Positions 19,382-29,840 of a stretch of DNA of 64,000 nucleotides are shown piece after piece (the stretch's first letter is position 1; every line of letters starts with the position of its first letter). Source of the DNA: a bacterium (GTDB taxonomy: Bacteria; UBA8248). The notes beneath the pieces are model-generated. The model had not been told where the DNA came from. It saw only the letters and a list, made by a program, of their open reading frames with translations, and made no database searches. Location of the stretch: assembly GCA_965204535.1 (NCBI GenBank), contig OZ241996.1:768001-832000 (forward strand). The letters are read 5' to 3'. Made by a program: the position numbers and the translations under genes.

Positions 19382-19626
19382 GAGGCCGAGTAGAGCACCC
19401 GGTCCACGCTCGGGCTCACACGATGTCTAGGCACAGGGCTTGTCCAAACCCGGACTTCACGCCATCACATCAAGGGAAAGGTCCGTACACAATACTAGGG
19501 TGCAAGAGCAGCATGAAGGGGGCGACGCTAATATGGCTATCACAGGAACGGCTCGTCCATAAGATCGCCGTCGCCCACGGGCGCGGATTCAAGACTTGCG
19601 ATCAACTGGTTTATCTTCACGACTTG

Positions 19627-20421
19627 CTACTCGTAAAACATTTTTCTAATGAGGGCAGGTACTCGAACCGAATCAGAGTCATTGCATTTCAAACACTTTT
19701 CCCATGAATTCAAATAGTCTTCAAAAGTTTTGTCGTTTTCAGCATTCCAATAATTGATAAATCCGCAGTCCGCCCAAAGAGAAGGATCACTCCGAAAATG
19801 ATCTAGGAGGGCAAGGGCTACAACTGCATTGCGGCAGCGAAGATAAGGATTGTTTTGCATATCCTCAAGATTTAATGATAACCATCCTGGTAAGTTTTTG
19901 CATTCTGGTGTCAGGTGTTTGTCTGCGAAATCCTCACAGTATTTTGCGTGGCTAGGTGCAAATTCGGCAGCTCCACTGACATTCACAGGCGGGTTGGTTT
20001 TCCAAGTCTCCGATAATCTAGACAAAACGAACAATGACGCCATTTCGCAAAGACTTTCCTCAAACCAAGTATGGCGATGTCCTTTGTTGCGATTGTAGTT
20101 CGTCATTACATGGCACAGTTTGTGCGAGAACTGATAGACGTATTCGCACCAATTCCTATTTTGAGCATTAATACGGATTTGATAAGGACCGGAATCTGAA
20201 AGGACTCTGGATAAATCTTTCCACCAAGAGACTTCAATTCGTTCGTCAGGTAACTTACCGAAAGCACCTACCAGCGCGCAGAAGACAGACTCCAAGACAG
20301 AAGGAATTGCAACATCCAGATACGGTTTCTCGTTTCCTTTATGGGTTGGCCAACTATCCACATCCACTATTAGATATTGCGACATTTTTTGTGCCTCCAA
20401 TTTGTCTGCGTAGTTCGTCAC
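19627..20421 (-). CDS. Low-GC hypothetical protein, zincin-like with degenerate HExxH
   Basis: YQFSHKLCH ... WFEESLCE; markedly AT-richer than flanks. Confidence 0.7.
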   Translation of the reverse strand: MTNYADKLEAQKMSQYLIVDVDSWPTHKGNEKPYLDVAIPSVLESVFCALVGAFGKLPDERIEVSWWKDLSRVLSDSGPYQIRINAQNRNWCEYVYQFSHKLCHVMTNYNRNKGHRHTWFEESLCEMASLFVLSRLSETWKTNPPVNVSGAAEFAPSHAKYCEDFADKHLTPECKNLPGWLSLNLEDMQNNPYLRCRNAVVALALLDHFRSDPSLWADCGFINYWNAENDKTFEDYLNSWEKCLKCNDSDSVRVPALIRKMFYE

Positions 20422-20707
20422 TCACCCCTCCGAAGTGTGCCCTATCGGCAAGCGGCGGCGGTGCCATCAGCGGCCCATGCGCCGTTATCATCCGGGCGAG
20501 ATCATATCATGCCCGCCCGGCCATGTAATGAAATTGACGGCGCGCATAAAAAAATCCCTTTCCGCTTTCGGCATGGAGCATGAAGCCCTGTTTTGCCGAT
20601 TTCCCCCGATGAAGGGGAGCGGAAAAAAATTTTCTCCCCGCCGCGTAGTCGGTTCCCTTTCCCCGCCACCCATCGAGGCCGCGCCGGATTCATCAAGCCC
20701 GCCGCGC

Positions 20708-20748
20708 CGCAGGCATCACGCTCCGCAGCCCTAGGCGGGGTGAGGGGC
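20708..20748 (+). repeat. Short copy of def 3' end (D3)
   Basis: CGCAGGCATCACGCTCCGCAGCCCTAGGCGGGGTGAGGGGC versus def CGCAGGTATCACGCTCCGCGGCCCAAGGAGGATTGAGGGGC. Confidence 0.75.
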
Positions 20749-20767
20749 TTAAGATAGGAGGCGTCAC

Positions 20768-20998
20768 ATGGCGACCCGCCGACGAGAGAAATTCACAACC
20801 CGGGTGGATTCGGAGATTCTGGCCGCCGTCCGCAGTCTTGCGCGCAGTGAGGGGCGGCAGCTTCAAACCCTGGTGGATGAAGCTCTGGCCGACCCGATCG
20901 AGAAGCGCAGGGGGAGCAGGCCGCGCCCCCACGTCATGGCGGTGTATCAGGCGAGCCACGAGAGATACGCACCGCTCTACAATAAACTCGCTGAATGA
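20768..20998 (+). CDS. Second (orphan) copy of the RHH-type antitoxin
   Basis: Near-identical to 18663-18893; followed by only five codons of doc (ATGACGGACTATCCG). Confidence 0.8.
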   Translation: MATRRREKFTTRVDSEILAAVRSLARSEGRQLQTLVDEALADPIEKRRGSRPRPHVMAVYQASHERYAPLYNKLAE

Positions 20999-21009
20999 CG
21001 GACTATCCG

Positions 21010-21096
21010 GTATTTAGACAGGATTCGTGATTTCACACCTTTGCTACGACGAGGAATACCGGGGGCATCGCGCCCTGCGGCCTTAGGCGGGGTGAG
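21010..21096 (+). repeat. Degenerate copy of def 3' end (D4)
   Basis: GACAGGATTCGTGATTTCAC...GAGGAATACCGGGGGCATCGCGCCCTGCGGCC matches def 17818-17886. Confidence 0.8.
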
Positions 21097-21286
21097 TCGC
21101 GCGGACCTGCTTCCCGCGGTTCCGTTCCTTTAACGCAGACTCATCCGCCGCATCCCCTCCGGGCGCGAATTCCAGTTCCACGCAGCAGGCGTTGCAGATG
21201 GGGCCGGTCCCGTAGGTGCCCTCATCGAAGACGTGTCCCTGAAACCGGTGGCGGCAGTTCGGGCAAATCCAGATGTATTGGCTCAT
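21083..21286 (-). CDS. Small Zn-ribbon hypothetical protein
   Basis: CPNC...CNAC; GAGGAG RBS before ATG. Confidence 0.6.
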   Translation of the reverse strand: MSQYIWICPNCRHRFQGHVFDEGTYGTGPICNACCVELEFAPGGDAADESALKERNRGKQVRATHPA

Positions 21287-21470
21287 GCCGGTCTCCTCAG
21301 GCGGCTTTGCCTTCCGAGCGAGATGTACCGCCCTCTTATATTCTCAATATAGGTTGCAAGGCGAAGATTTCGCCACAGAAAAAGCGCTGATTGTTTTCGG
21401 CGGGATTTCAGGATGGGTGGAGGGGCGATACGGGCGGGTTTGCGTGGGTCACGAATAATGCAAGATATAG

Positions 21471-21557
21471 TGGTGCCCAAGGCCGGACTCGAACCGACAC
21501 GGGGTTGCCCCCACTAGCCCCTCAAGCTAGCGTGTCTACCAATTCCACCACTTGGGC
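21471..21557 (-). tRNA. tRNA-Leu(GAG)
   Basis: GCCCAAG/CTTGGGC acceptor stem, CTAGC-TTGAGGG-GCTAG anticodon arm, long variable arm, GGTTCGAGTCC, encoded CCA. Confidence 0.97.
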
Positions 21558-21665
21558 ATGAAGCCTGAGAATTTTCATCCGGGGCAACGCTCAGGCCAAG
21601 AGGCTATATAGCGTCGCGCGCGCCGCGCTGTCAACGCCTCCCGTTCCAGACAATACGTGTTACCG

Positions 21666-23168
21666 CTACCTGTTGTTCGCCCTCGGGTTCATGGCGTCGC
21701 GCAGGCCCTCGCCGAAGAGGTTGAAGGCGAGCATGACGATGAGTATCGCCGAGCCCGGGATGAAGGTGAGCCACGGGGCGTCGAAGATGTATTTCTTGCC
21801 GTCGGAGAAGATGTTCCCCCAGCTCGCCTGGGGCGGCGGCACGCCGAATCCCAGAAAGCTCAGGCTCGCCTCGGTGAGAATCGCGCCCGCGATGCCGATG
21901 GTGGCCGAGACCAGCACGGGCGCCAGCGAATTGGGGATGAGGTAGCGGAAGATGATGAGCCTGTCCGAGCCGCCCGAGGCGCGCGCGGACTCCACGAAGG
22001 GCTGCTCCCTGAGCGAGAGGATCTCCGCGCGCACGAAACGCGCGGGCCCCACCCAGCCGAGCACGCCGATGACCACCATGATGATCCAGATGTTGGGCGT
22101 CACGAGGGCGAGGATGGTGAGCAGCACGAAAAACGAGGGGAACGAGAGCTGCACGTCCACGACCGTGGTGTAGATGACGTCCACCTTGGGCAGCCGGAAT
22201 CTTTGAAGAAGCGCGGTGACCTCGAATCGCTGGTAGAGATACACGAAAACCGCCGCCCCCGCGATGCTCGTCCAGGCGTGCGACGCATGGCCCGGGTAGG
22301 CGATATACAGGCCTGCGAGGAACAAGAGGAAATAGGTGAGGCCTCCGCCGAAAACGGCGCTCAGGGAGAAGCCGTCCGCCGCGCTTTCCTCCGCGTTCCG
22401 CCCCTGCGCCCCGCCGAAGGCGGCGAGTGTTACGAGGCAGGCCGCGCCCAGGAATCCCTCGCGCCAGTAGGGCGTGCGCACCAGGAGGCCTGAGTCGGAG
22501 GTGAAGCCGCTGAACCCGAACGGCTCGAACGGCCCGAACGCCAGTCCCAGCAGCGCGCCGAAGGCCATGCCTTCCAGGAACAGGGAGCGGCCGTCGCGGC
22601 GCACCGATAGCCCCAGACCTGCGCCCGCCATGGCGAACAGGAGCGCCAGAAAACCCAGCTCGTTCCAGACGGCGTAGCCCGTGAGGCCCGCGCCGATGAA
22701 GCCGAAAAGGGGCGCGCCGCTCGGCTTGATCTCTCCGTAGAACCCGGCGATCCCGCCTATCGCGACGCCCAGCAGGGTGGCGATGCCGATGGCCACGAAG
22801 CCCACCGACATCGAGATGAAGGTGCCCTCCAGCATCCGGGCGAACACGTCGCGGCCCAGATCGTCGGTGCCGAACACGTATATCCCCAGGCGCGGCAGGT
22901 TTTCTTTGGGCACCTGACTCTCGTTCGGGGCGGAGAAGGGGGCCATCAGCTTGTCCGGCAGGCGCACGACGTTCGCGTCGAACATCGGCTCGCTCATGAG
23001 GGCGGAATTGACGAAGCCAATCGCCGCCAGGACGAAGAAGACCACCAGCACGACGCCGCCCGCCATCGCCATGCGGTTTTTCTGCAGATGCCGCCAAACG
23101 CGCTGGCCGGGGGTGAGTTCTTCCCCCATCTCCTCGATCATCTCGCGCATATCGAGCGTCTCGTTCAT
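21666..23168 (-). CDS. Peptide ABC transporter permease (OppC/DppC-like) with large hydrophobic insertion
   Basis: FGTDDLGRDV, FVESARASG, EASLSFLGFG, GEGLRDAMNP. Confidence 0.9.
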   Translation of the reverse strand: MNETLDMREMIEEMGEELTPGQRVWRHLQKNRMAMAGGVVLVVFFVLAAIGFVNSALMSEPMFDANVVRLPDKLMAPFSAPNESQVPKENLPRLGIYVFGTDDLGRDVFARMLEGTFISMSVGFVAIGIATLLGVAIGGIAGFYGEIKPSGAPLFGFIGAGLTGYAVWNELGFLALLFAMAGAGLGLSVRRDGRSLFLEGMAFGALLGLAFGPFEPFGFSGFTSDSGLLVRTPYWREGFLGAACLVTLAAFGGAQGRNAEESAADGFSLSAVFGGGLTYFLLFLAGLYIAYPGHASHAWTSIAGAAVFVYLYQRFEVTALLQRFRLPKVDVIYTTVVDVQLSFPSFFVLLTILALVTPNIWIIMVVIGVLGWVGPARFVRAEILSLREQPFVESARASGGSDRLIIFRYLIPNSLAPVLVSATIGIAGAILTEASLSFLGFGVPPPQASWGNIFSDGKKYIFDAPWLTFIPGSAILIVMLAFNLFGEGLRDAMNPRANNR

Positions 23169-24160
23169 AGGCGGATCCTCGGGTCGACGACGACGAGCAG
23201 GACGTCCGAGATGAAGGTGCCGATGACGACCAGGATGGCGGAGATGAAGTTGAGACTTAATATCACCGGGTAGTCCCGCGCCAGCACGGCCTCGAAGCCC
23301 AGCCGCCCCATGCCGGGCCACGCGAAGATGTTCTCGATGATGACCGAGCCGCCGATCAGCCCCGGCAGGATGAGGCCGAACATGGTGACGAAGGGAAGGG
23401 CCGCGTTTCTGAGCGCATGGACATAGTTCACGGTGTCCTCATCCAGGCCCTTCGAGTGGGCGGTGCGGATGAAGTCCGAATCCACCACCTCTATCATCTG
23501 GCCGCGCACGTAGCGCGAGAGCACGGCGATGCCCCCTATCGCGCCCACGAGGCTGGGCAGCACCAGGTGCCAGACGCGGTCGTTGATCCGGAACAGGGGA
23601 GAGACCTCGCCGCGTCCGAAAGTCTCGATGCCCAGCACGGAGACTTCCAGGCCCGGCACGCGGTAGTCGGTGAAGGGCAGCGTGAACCCCTGGACGACGG
23701 CGATGATGAGGATGTAGGCCAGAAAGAAGCTCGGCATCGATATCATGAGGTAGCTCATGAAGGTGGTGGAGCGGTCGAAAACGCTGTAGCGCCGCAATGC
23801 GCCCGCGATTCCCAGCGGAAACGAGAGGCACCAGGTGATGATGGTGCCCACGATGAACAGCGGCAGGCTGATGAGGAAGCGCCGCCATATCTTCCCGAAA
23901 ACCGGCTGGTTGTCCTTGAGACTCGTGAGTTCGCCGGTGAAGAATTTCTTGTAGAAGAGCCAGTATTGCACCGGAAGCGGCTTGTCGAGGTCGAAGGCGG
24001 CGCGGTAGCGCGCGAGGTCTTCCTGGGTGAAGCGCGGGTTCAGGGGGTCGATCTGGCTCGGCTCGCCGGGGGCGAGATGGATGATGAGAAAGCTCACGAC
24101 CGAGATGACGAAGAGCGTCACCAGCTTGAACAGCGACGTTCGGATGACGTAGGCGCCCAC
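23165..24160 (-). CDS. Peptide ABC transporter permease (OppB/DppB-like)
   Basis: LDKPLPVQY, FIRTAHSKGL, HALRNA, IENIFAWPGMG, DPRI. Confidence 0.93.
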   Translation of the reverse strand: MGAYVIRTSLFKLVTLFVISVVSFLIIHLAPGEPSQIDPLNPRFTQEDLARYRAAFDLDKPLPVQYWLFYKKFFTGELTSLKDNQPVFGKIWRRFLISLPLFIVGTIITWCLSFPLGIAGALRRYSVFDRSTTFMSYLMISMPSFFLAYILIIAVVQGFTLPFTDYRVPGLEVSVLGIETFGRGEVSPLFRINDRVWHLVLPSLVGAIGGIAVLSRYVRGQMIEVVDSDFIRTAHSKGLDEDTVNYVHALRNAALPFVTMFGLILPGLIGGSVIIENIFAWPGMGRLGFEAVLARDYPVILSLNFISAILVVIGTFISDVLLVVVDPRIRL

Positions 24161-24161
24161 G

Positions 24162-26240
24162 TTAGTTCTCGAACCGGGGGATTTGGGGAAATTTCAGCCA
24201 CTCGTTGAAGTCGAACGAATAGTTGCCCGTGATGGTGGGGCGGATTTTTTCGGGCCGTAATTTGCCGCTCTTTAAGCGCCTGGCGAGGGCGATTTTCCGG
24301 TCCAGCAGCGCCGTCCACTTGCCGACGTAGAGGAACGTGTAGGGCTGATCCGCCGCGATGATGCGGTGGAGCTTATGCGCGTAGCGGACCTGTGTCGGGA
24401 GGTCGTATTCCTGGCGGATCTTGATGATGAGGTCATCCGCCTTGGGGTTCTTGTAGCCCACGAAATTGAGCTGGCCCTTGTTCGTCTGGCTCGAGTGCCA
24501 GATCTGGTAGAGGTCGGGGTCGAGACCCATGCTCCAGCCGAGGACGACCGCGTCGAAATTGAGCTGGTTGACGTGCTTTCGGATGAAGACGGCCCACTCG
24601 ACCTGGGAGAAGGTGATCTTGACGCCGATCTTCTTCCAGGCGTCCTGCACCACGGTGCCGACGGCGCGCCTGATCTCGTTGCCGTGGTTCGTCATGAGGT
24701 TAAAGGCGAGGGGCTTGCCGTCTTTCATCAGGATTCCGTCTTTTTTCCGGAACCCCGCCTCGTGCAGCAGCCGCACCGCGCCTTCGGGGTCGTAGGGCAC
24801 GGGCTTGATTTTTTTGTTGTAGTGCGGGCTTTGCTTCACGAAGGGACCCGTGATGTCCTCGGCCTCGCCGTTCAGCACGTAGCGGTGAATCTGAGCGGTG
24901 TTCACCGCCATGCCCAGCGCCCGGCGCACGCGCGCGTCCTGAAACGGCCAGCGCCGCTGGTTGTAGCCGACATAGGTGTAACCGAAGCCGAGGCCCGAGA
25001 ATACCTGGAACCTCGGGTCCTTCTTGAGGCGCTCGACCTGGTGCGCGCCCGCCCCGTAGCGGTCCACCGTGCCCGCGTAGAAGGTGATCTCCTGCGTGAG
25101 GGGGTCCGGCAGGATTCGGTAGACGTATTCGTGGTACTCGGGCGGCCCCTCCCAGTAGTGCTCGTTCCGCCCGAGGCGGATGAGTTCGTCCGAGCGCCAT
25201 TCCTTGAAGACGAAAGGCCCCGTGCCGACGGGTTTTCGGTTGAACGCGCTGTCTCGCAGGCTGAACGCCTTCGGAGCCTTGCCCTTTTTCTTCGCTTCTT
25301 CGGCGAGTTTTTTCTCGTTCAGCAAATGTTCGGGCAGCATCCCCATGCCCCAGGAGCCGAAAGCGGGGGAGTAGAGCCGCTTGTAGGTGATCTTGACGGT
25401 GTACCTGTCGGGCGTCTCCACGCGCTTGACGGGTTCGTAGTCCGGCACCCTCGGGGAGAGGTTCTTGCGATTCATGATGGATTCGTAGGTGAAGCGCACG
25501 TCGCCCGAGTCGAACTCGTGGCCGTCGTGGAAGCGCACGCCGCGCCTGAGCGTGAAGATGATGATCGGGTTGTGCTCGGTGAGCTTGACGCGCCGCTTGG
25601 CGAGTGGGAGCAGTTTATCGGGCATCTCGGTCTTGATGTAGGGAGCGGGGTCTTTGGCGAGGCCGCTCTTGCCCAGCAATTTTTCAAGATGCTTGAAGAG
25701 GTCCTGATCCACGCTCTTGAGCGTCACCTTCACCCGCGCGGGATAGGCGATGACGACGGCCTTTCGCCCAGGCGCTTTCCCGCCCTTGGGAGGCGGGGTG
25801 CGGATGGCGGTTTTCTCCTCGACGGGAGCGATGGTTTCGGCTTTTTCGACGTTTTTCAGCCATTCCGCGCCGCCTGCGGCGCGCGCCCGCTCGATGCGCG
25901 CCGCCAGGGCCTTCGCGCCGGGCCCCTCGGGATGGGGCACGAAGAACGCCTCTTCATAGATTTTCCACGAGGCGGCCAGACGGCCCCGGTAGGAGAGGTC
26001 GCGGTCTCTGTCGATGAGGCCCTCGAATATCTGATCGACGATGGCCCCGCTCGCCGTGTCGGCGTGAAGGATGGGGTTCAGGATTTGCGCGTCGCCGATG
26101 GAGCCGGTGATGAACTGGCGGAGGCGCTCGTCGCTGCCGCCTTTTGTCTGATCGGAGAACGTCGGCACCCAGAAGTAGGACTGGAACAACGCGGCCGCGA
26201 TGAGAAAGGGGAGCAGCAGCAGGATGCGCTTGATCAGCAT
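24162..26240 (-). CDS. Peptide ABC transporter substrate-binding protein (family 5)
   Basis: LNPI, IFEGL, LRRGVRFHDG, PVGTGPF, VRRAL..AVN. Confidence 0.92.
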   Translation of the reverse strand: MLIKRILLLLPFLIAAALFQSYFWVPTFSDQTKGGSDERLRQFITGSIGDAQILNPILHADTASGAIVDQIFEGLIDRDRDLSYRGRLAASWKIYEEAFFVPHPEGPGAKALAARIERARAAGGAEWLKNVEKAETIAPVEEKTAIRTPPPKGGKAPGRKAVVIAYPARVKVTLKSVDQDLFKHLEKLLGKSGLAKDPAPYIKTEMPDKLLPLAKRRVKLTEHNPIIIFTLRRGVRFHDGHEFDSGDVRFTYESIMNRKNLSPRVPDYEPVKRVETPDRYTVKITYKRLYSPAFGSWGMGMLPEHLLNEKKLAEEAKKKGKAPKAFSLRDSAFNRKPVGTGPFVFKEWRSDELIRLGRNEHYWEGPPEYHEYVYRILPDPLTQEITFYAGTVDRYGAGAHQVERLKKDPRFQVFSGLGFGYTYVGYNQRRWPFQDARVRRALGMAVNTAQIHRYVLNGEAEDITGPFVKQSPHYNKKIKPVPYDPEGAVRLLHEAGFRKKDGILMKDGKPLAFNLMTNHGNEIRRAVGTVVQDAWKKIGVKITFSQVEWAVFIRKHVNQLNFDAVVLGWSMGLDPDLYQIWHSSQTNKGQLNFVGYKNPKADDLIIKIRQEYDLPTQVRYAHKLHRIIAADQPYTFLYVGKWTALLDRKIALARRLKSGKLRPEKIRPTITGNYSFDFNEWLKFPQIPRFEN

Positions 26241-26282
26241 CGTCGGCCCTTAGAACGCTTGAATAGAGGAGTCGGCCTCGCT

Positions 26283-26591
26283 CTATTTCTTTTCCGGGGC
26301 GGCAGGTGTTGTCGGTGCTCCTTGTACCGGCGCGCTGGGCACTATCGATCCGCCCTGGTTGGCGTTGTGCGAGCCGATGTAGGTGAGCAGAAGCGAGGTC
26401 ACCATGAAGAGGACGGCGGCGCCGGTCGTGACTTTGCTCAGAAAGTTCACCGGCCCCCGCGTCCCGAACATCGTATCGCTCGATCCGCCGAAGGCGGCGC
26501 CCATGCCGCCGCCTTTGCCCGCCTGGAGAAGCACGGAGAGGATCAGGCAAATCGCAACGGCTACGTGCAAAACGGTCAAGACTATCGTCAT
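26283..26591 (-). CDS. secG: Preprotein translocase subunit SecG
   Basis: VLLQAGKGGGMGAAFGG, FLSKVT; downstream of tpiA. Confidence 0.95.
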   Translation of the reverse strand: MTIVLTVLHVAVAICLILSVLLQAGKGGGMGAAFGGSSDTMFGTRGPVNFLSKVTTGAAVLFMVTSLLLTYIGSHNANQGGSIVPSAPVQGAPTTPAAPEKK

Positions 26592-26604
26592 TTTCTCACT
26601 CTTC

Positions 26605-27387
26605 TCATGTCTGTGCGGAACCCGGCCCCGCGGAGCGGATGATTTTCATAAAATCTGCGCCGTTCAGGCTCGCCCCGCCGATGAGGCCGCCGTCGATGTC
26701 GGGCCCGGCGAACAAATCCGCGGCGTTATCCGGTTTCACGCTGCCTCCGTATAAGATACGCGTTTCCTGCGCGCATTCCAAGCCAAAAATGTGCTCGAGC
26801 CGCTCGCGGATGAACGCGTGCGCCTCCTGGGCCTCTTGGGGCGTGGCCGTGAGGCCCGTGCCGATGGCCCAAACGGGTTCATACGCGACGATGAAACCCC
26901 CCGGAGGAGAGGAGGCGAACGCGCCCTGAATCGAGTGCTCTATCTGGTGGGCGAGGCGGGAGAGCGTCTTGCCGGCTTTTCTCGTCGTAAACGGTTCTCC
27001 GAGGCAGATGATGGGTGTGAGGCCGCCCGCGCTCGCCGCCTGCGCCTTGCGGGCGATGAGGCCGTCGCCTTCTCCCATCAATTCGCGCCTCTCGCTGTGT
27101 CCGAGGATGACGTGGGTGGCGCCTGCGTCCCTGAGCATCGAGACGCTCACCTCGCCGGTATATGCGCCGTCCGGATGATGGGAGCAGTTCTGCCCGGCGA
27201 CGCCGACGACGCTCCCCGAGACCGCCTCCGCAACCGCCGGAAGGGCGAGATAGGGCGGTCCCAGCAGGACGTCCACGCCTGTGAGCCCATCCTCCGCGAC
27301 GCCCCCGGCCACCTCGCGCGCGAGGGTTCTCGCCTCCTCAATCGTCTTGTTCATCTTCCAGTTGCCGGCCACGAGGGCGCGCCGCAT
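26605..27387 (-). CDS. tpiA: Triosephosphate isomerase
   Basis: AGNWKMN, GHSERR, AYEPVWAIGTG, YGGSVK, GGASL. Confidence 0.97.
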   Translation of the reverse strand: MRRALVAGNWKMNKTIEEARTLAREVAGGVAEDGLTGVDVLLGPPYLALPAVAEAVSGSVVGVAGQNCSHHPDGAYTGEVSVSMLRDAGATHVILGHSERRELMGEGDGLIARKAQAASAGGLTPIICLGEPFTTRKAGKTLSRLAHQIEHSIQGAFASSPPGGFIVAYEPVWAIGTGLTATPQEAQEAHAFIRERLEHIFGLECAQETRILYGGSVKPDNAADLFAGPDIDGGLIGGASLNGADFMKIIRSAGPGSAQT

Positions 27388-27417
27388 CGTGAGTTCCTCT
27401 TTATCTTTTCGGGGTTT

Positions 27418-28641
27418 TCAGGTTTTGTCCGTCAGGCAGGCCAGGCCGGGGAGTTCTTTCCCCTCGAGCAGTTCCAGGAAGGCGCCGCCGCCCGTGCTGA
27501 TGTAGGAGATGCGGCGCGATTCCCCCGCCGCGTGAACGGCCACGTCGGTATCGCCGCCGCCCACGATGGTCAGCGCGTAGGAGTTCGCCACGTGGTTCAC
27601 CATCGCGTAGGTGCCGCGCGAGAAGGCGTCCACCTCGAACACGCCCATCGGCCCGTTCCAGATGATGGTTTTCGCGTCCTGGAGCACCTCGCCGAACAGA
27701 GTCGTGCTCGCCGGTCCGATGTCGAGCGCATACCATTCCTCGGGCACTTCCTGGGCCGGCACCACCTTGGTCTCCGCCGAGGCCTCGAACTTGTCCGCGA
27801 TCACGTAGTCGCTGGGGAGGTAGAACTTCACCTCCAGCTCCTGCGCCTTGTTCATGATGGATCGCGCCGTATCCACCATGTGCTCCTCGACGAGGCTGTT
27901 GCCCATCTCGTAGCCCAGCGCGCGGTGGAAGGTGCCCGCCATGCCGCCCCCGATGACGATCTTGTCCATCTTGGGGAGAATCCGCTCGACGATGCCGATT
28001 TTCGCGCTCGCCTTCGCGCCGCCCACGATCGCCACCACGGGGCGCATCGGGTTGTTCACCGCGCCGCTCAGGTAGCTGACCTCCTTGATCATCAGGAACC
28101 CGGCGACGGCGGGGTTCAGGAATTTCGTGATCGCCGACATCGAGGCGTGGTTTCTGTGGGCGTTGCCGAACGCGTCGCCGATGTAGATATCGGCCAGGGA
28201 GGCGAGTTCGCGGGCGAACTTGTCGTCGTTTTTCTCCTCGCCCGGATGAAACCGGAGGTTCTCCAGCAGGAGCACCTGGCCGGGCCGCATCTCCTCCGCC
28301 ATGCTCCGGGTATCCGCTCCCGTGGGGGCGGGGGCCAGGGGGCATTCCTTCTCCAGAAGCCGGGCCAGGCGCTTTGCGACGGGGCCAAGGGAGTTTCTGA
28401 GGTCGGGCTTTCCCTTGGGCCGGCCGATGTGGGAGCCGATGACGACCCGCGCGCCCTCGTCCAGCAGATAGTTGATGGTGGGCAGGGCCGCCCGGATGCG
28501 GGCGTCGTCCGTGATGTGTCCCTGATCGTCGAGCGGCACGTTGAAGTCGACGCGCAGGAAAACGCGCTTGCCCGCGACGTCGACGTCCTCGACGCCGAGT
28601 TTCGGGTCGCCGTTCTCAATCGTGCTCGTGATCGTCGCCAT
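27418..28641 (-). CDS. pgk: Phosphoglycerate kinase
   Basis: RVDFNVP, LLENLRF, DAFG.AHR, WNGPMGVFE, STGGGA. Confidence 0.97.
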   Translation of the reverse strand: MATITSTIENGDPKLGVEDVDVAGKRVFLRVDFNVPLDDQGHITDDARIRAALPTINYLLDEGARVVIGSHIGRPKGKPDLRNSLGPVAKRLARLLEKECPLAPAPTGADTRSMAEEMRPGQVLLLENLRFHPGEEKNDDKFARELASLADIYIGDAFGNAHRNHASMSAITKFLNPAVAGFLMIKEVSYLSGAVNNPMRPVVAIVGGAKASAKIGIVERILPKMDKIVIGGGMAGTFHRALGYEMGNSLVEEHMVDTARSIMNKAQELEVKFYLPSDYVIADKFEASAETKVVPAQEVPEEWYALDIGPASTTLFGEVLQDAKTIIWNGPMGVFEVDAFSRGTYAMVNHVANSYALTIVGGGDTDVAVHAAGESRRISYISTGGGAFLELLEGKELPGLACLTDKT

Positions 28642-28655
28642 TGATTCTGGGCCTC

Positions 28656-29687
<1,032 letters not shown>

Positions 29688-29840
29688 TTAGGGGATATGA
29701 AAAACTGTTTCGTTATGGGCGCTCCACGACTCCTGCGCGGGCGGATTCTACCCGATACGATGGGCGGCTCCAAGTGCGGCGGAGGGTTTTTATCCCCCTT
29801 TGCGCCTTGAATCCGCTGCATCGAGGGAGAAAGTGCGAAT

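Noticed and set aside
20430-20700. Riboswitch or ncRNA upstream of the low-GC gene
   Set aside because: A few GC-rich stems but no recognisable family motif.
17780-21096. CRISPR array or classical integron attC array
   Set aside because: Repeats are degenerate def fragments with kb-scale irregular spacing; no cas or intI gene and no attC-type palindromes.
21471-21500. tRNA-Leu 3' end as attachment site of the 18-21 kb region
   Set aside because: No duplicated tRNA 3' fragment seen in the window; the repeats derive from def.
24366-28644. Long antisense ORFs (24366-26642, 26791-28644; also 4076-6818, 52717-55023, 55293-56981)
   Set aside because: Shadow frames opposite well-supported genes, expected from high-GC codon bias.
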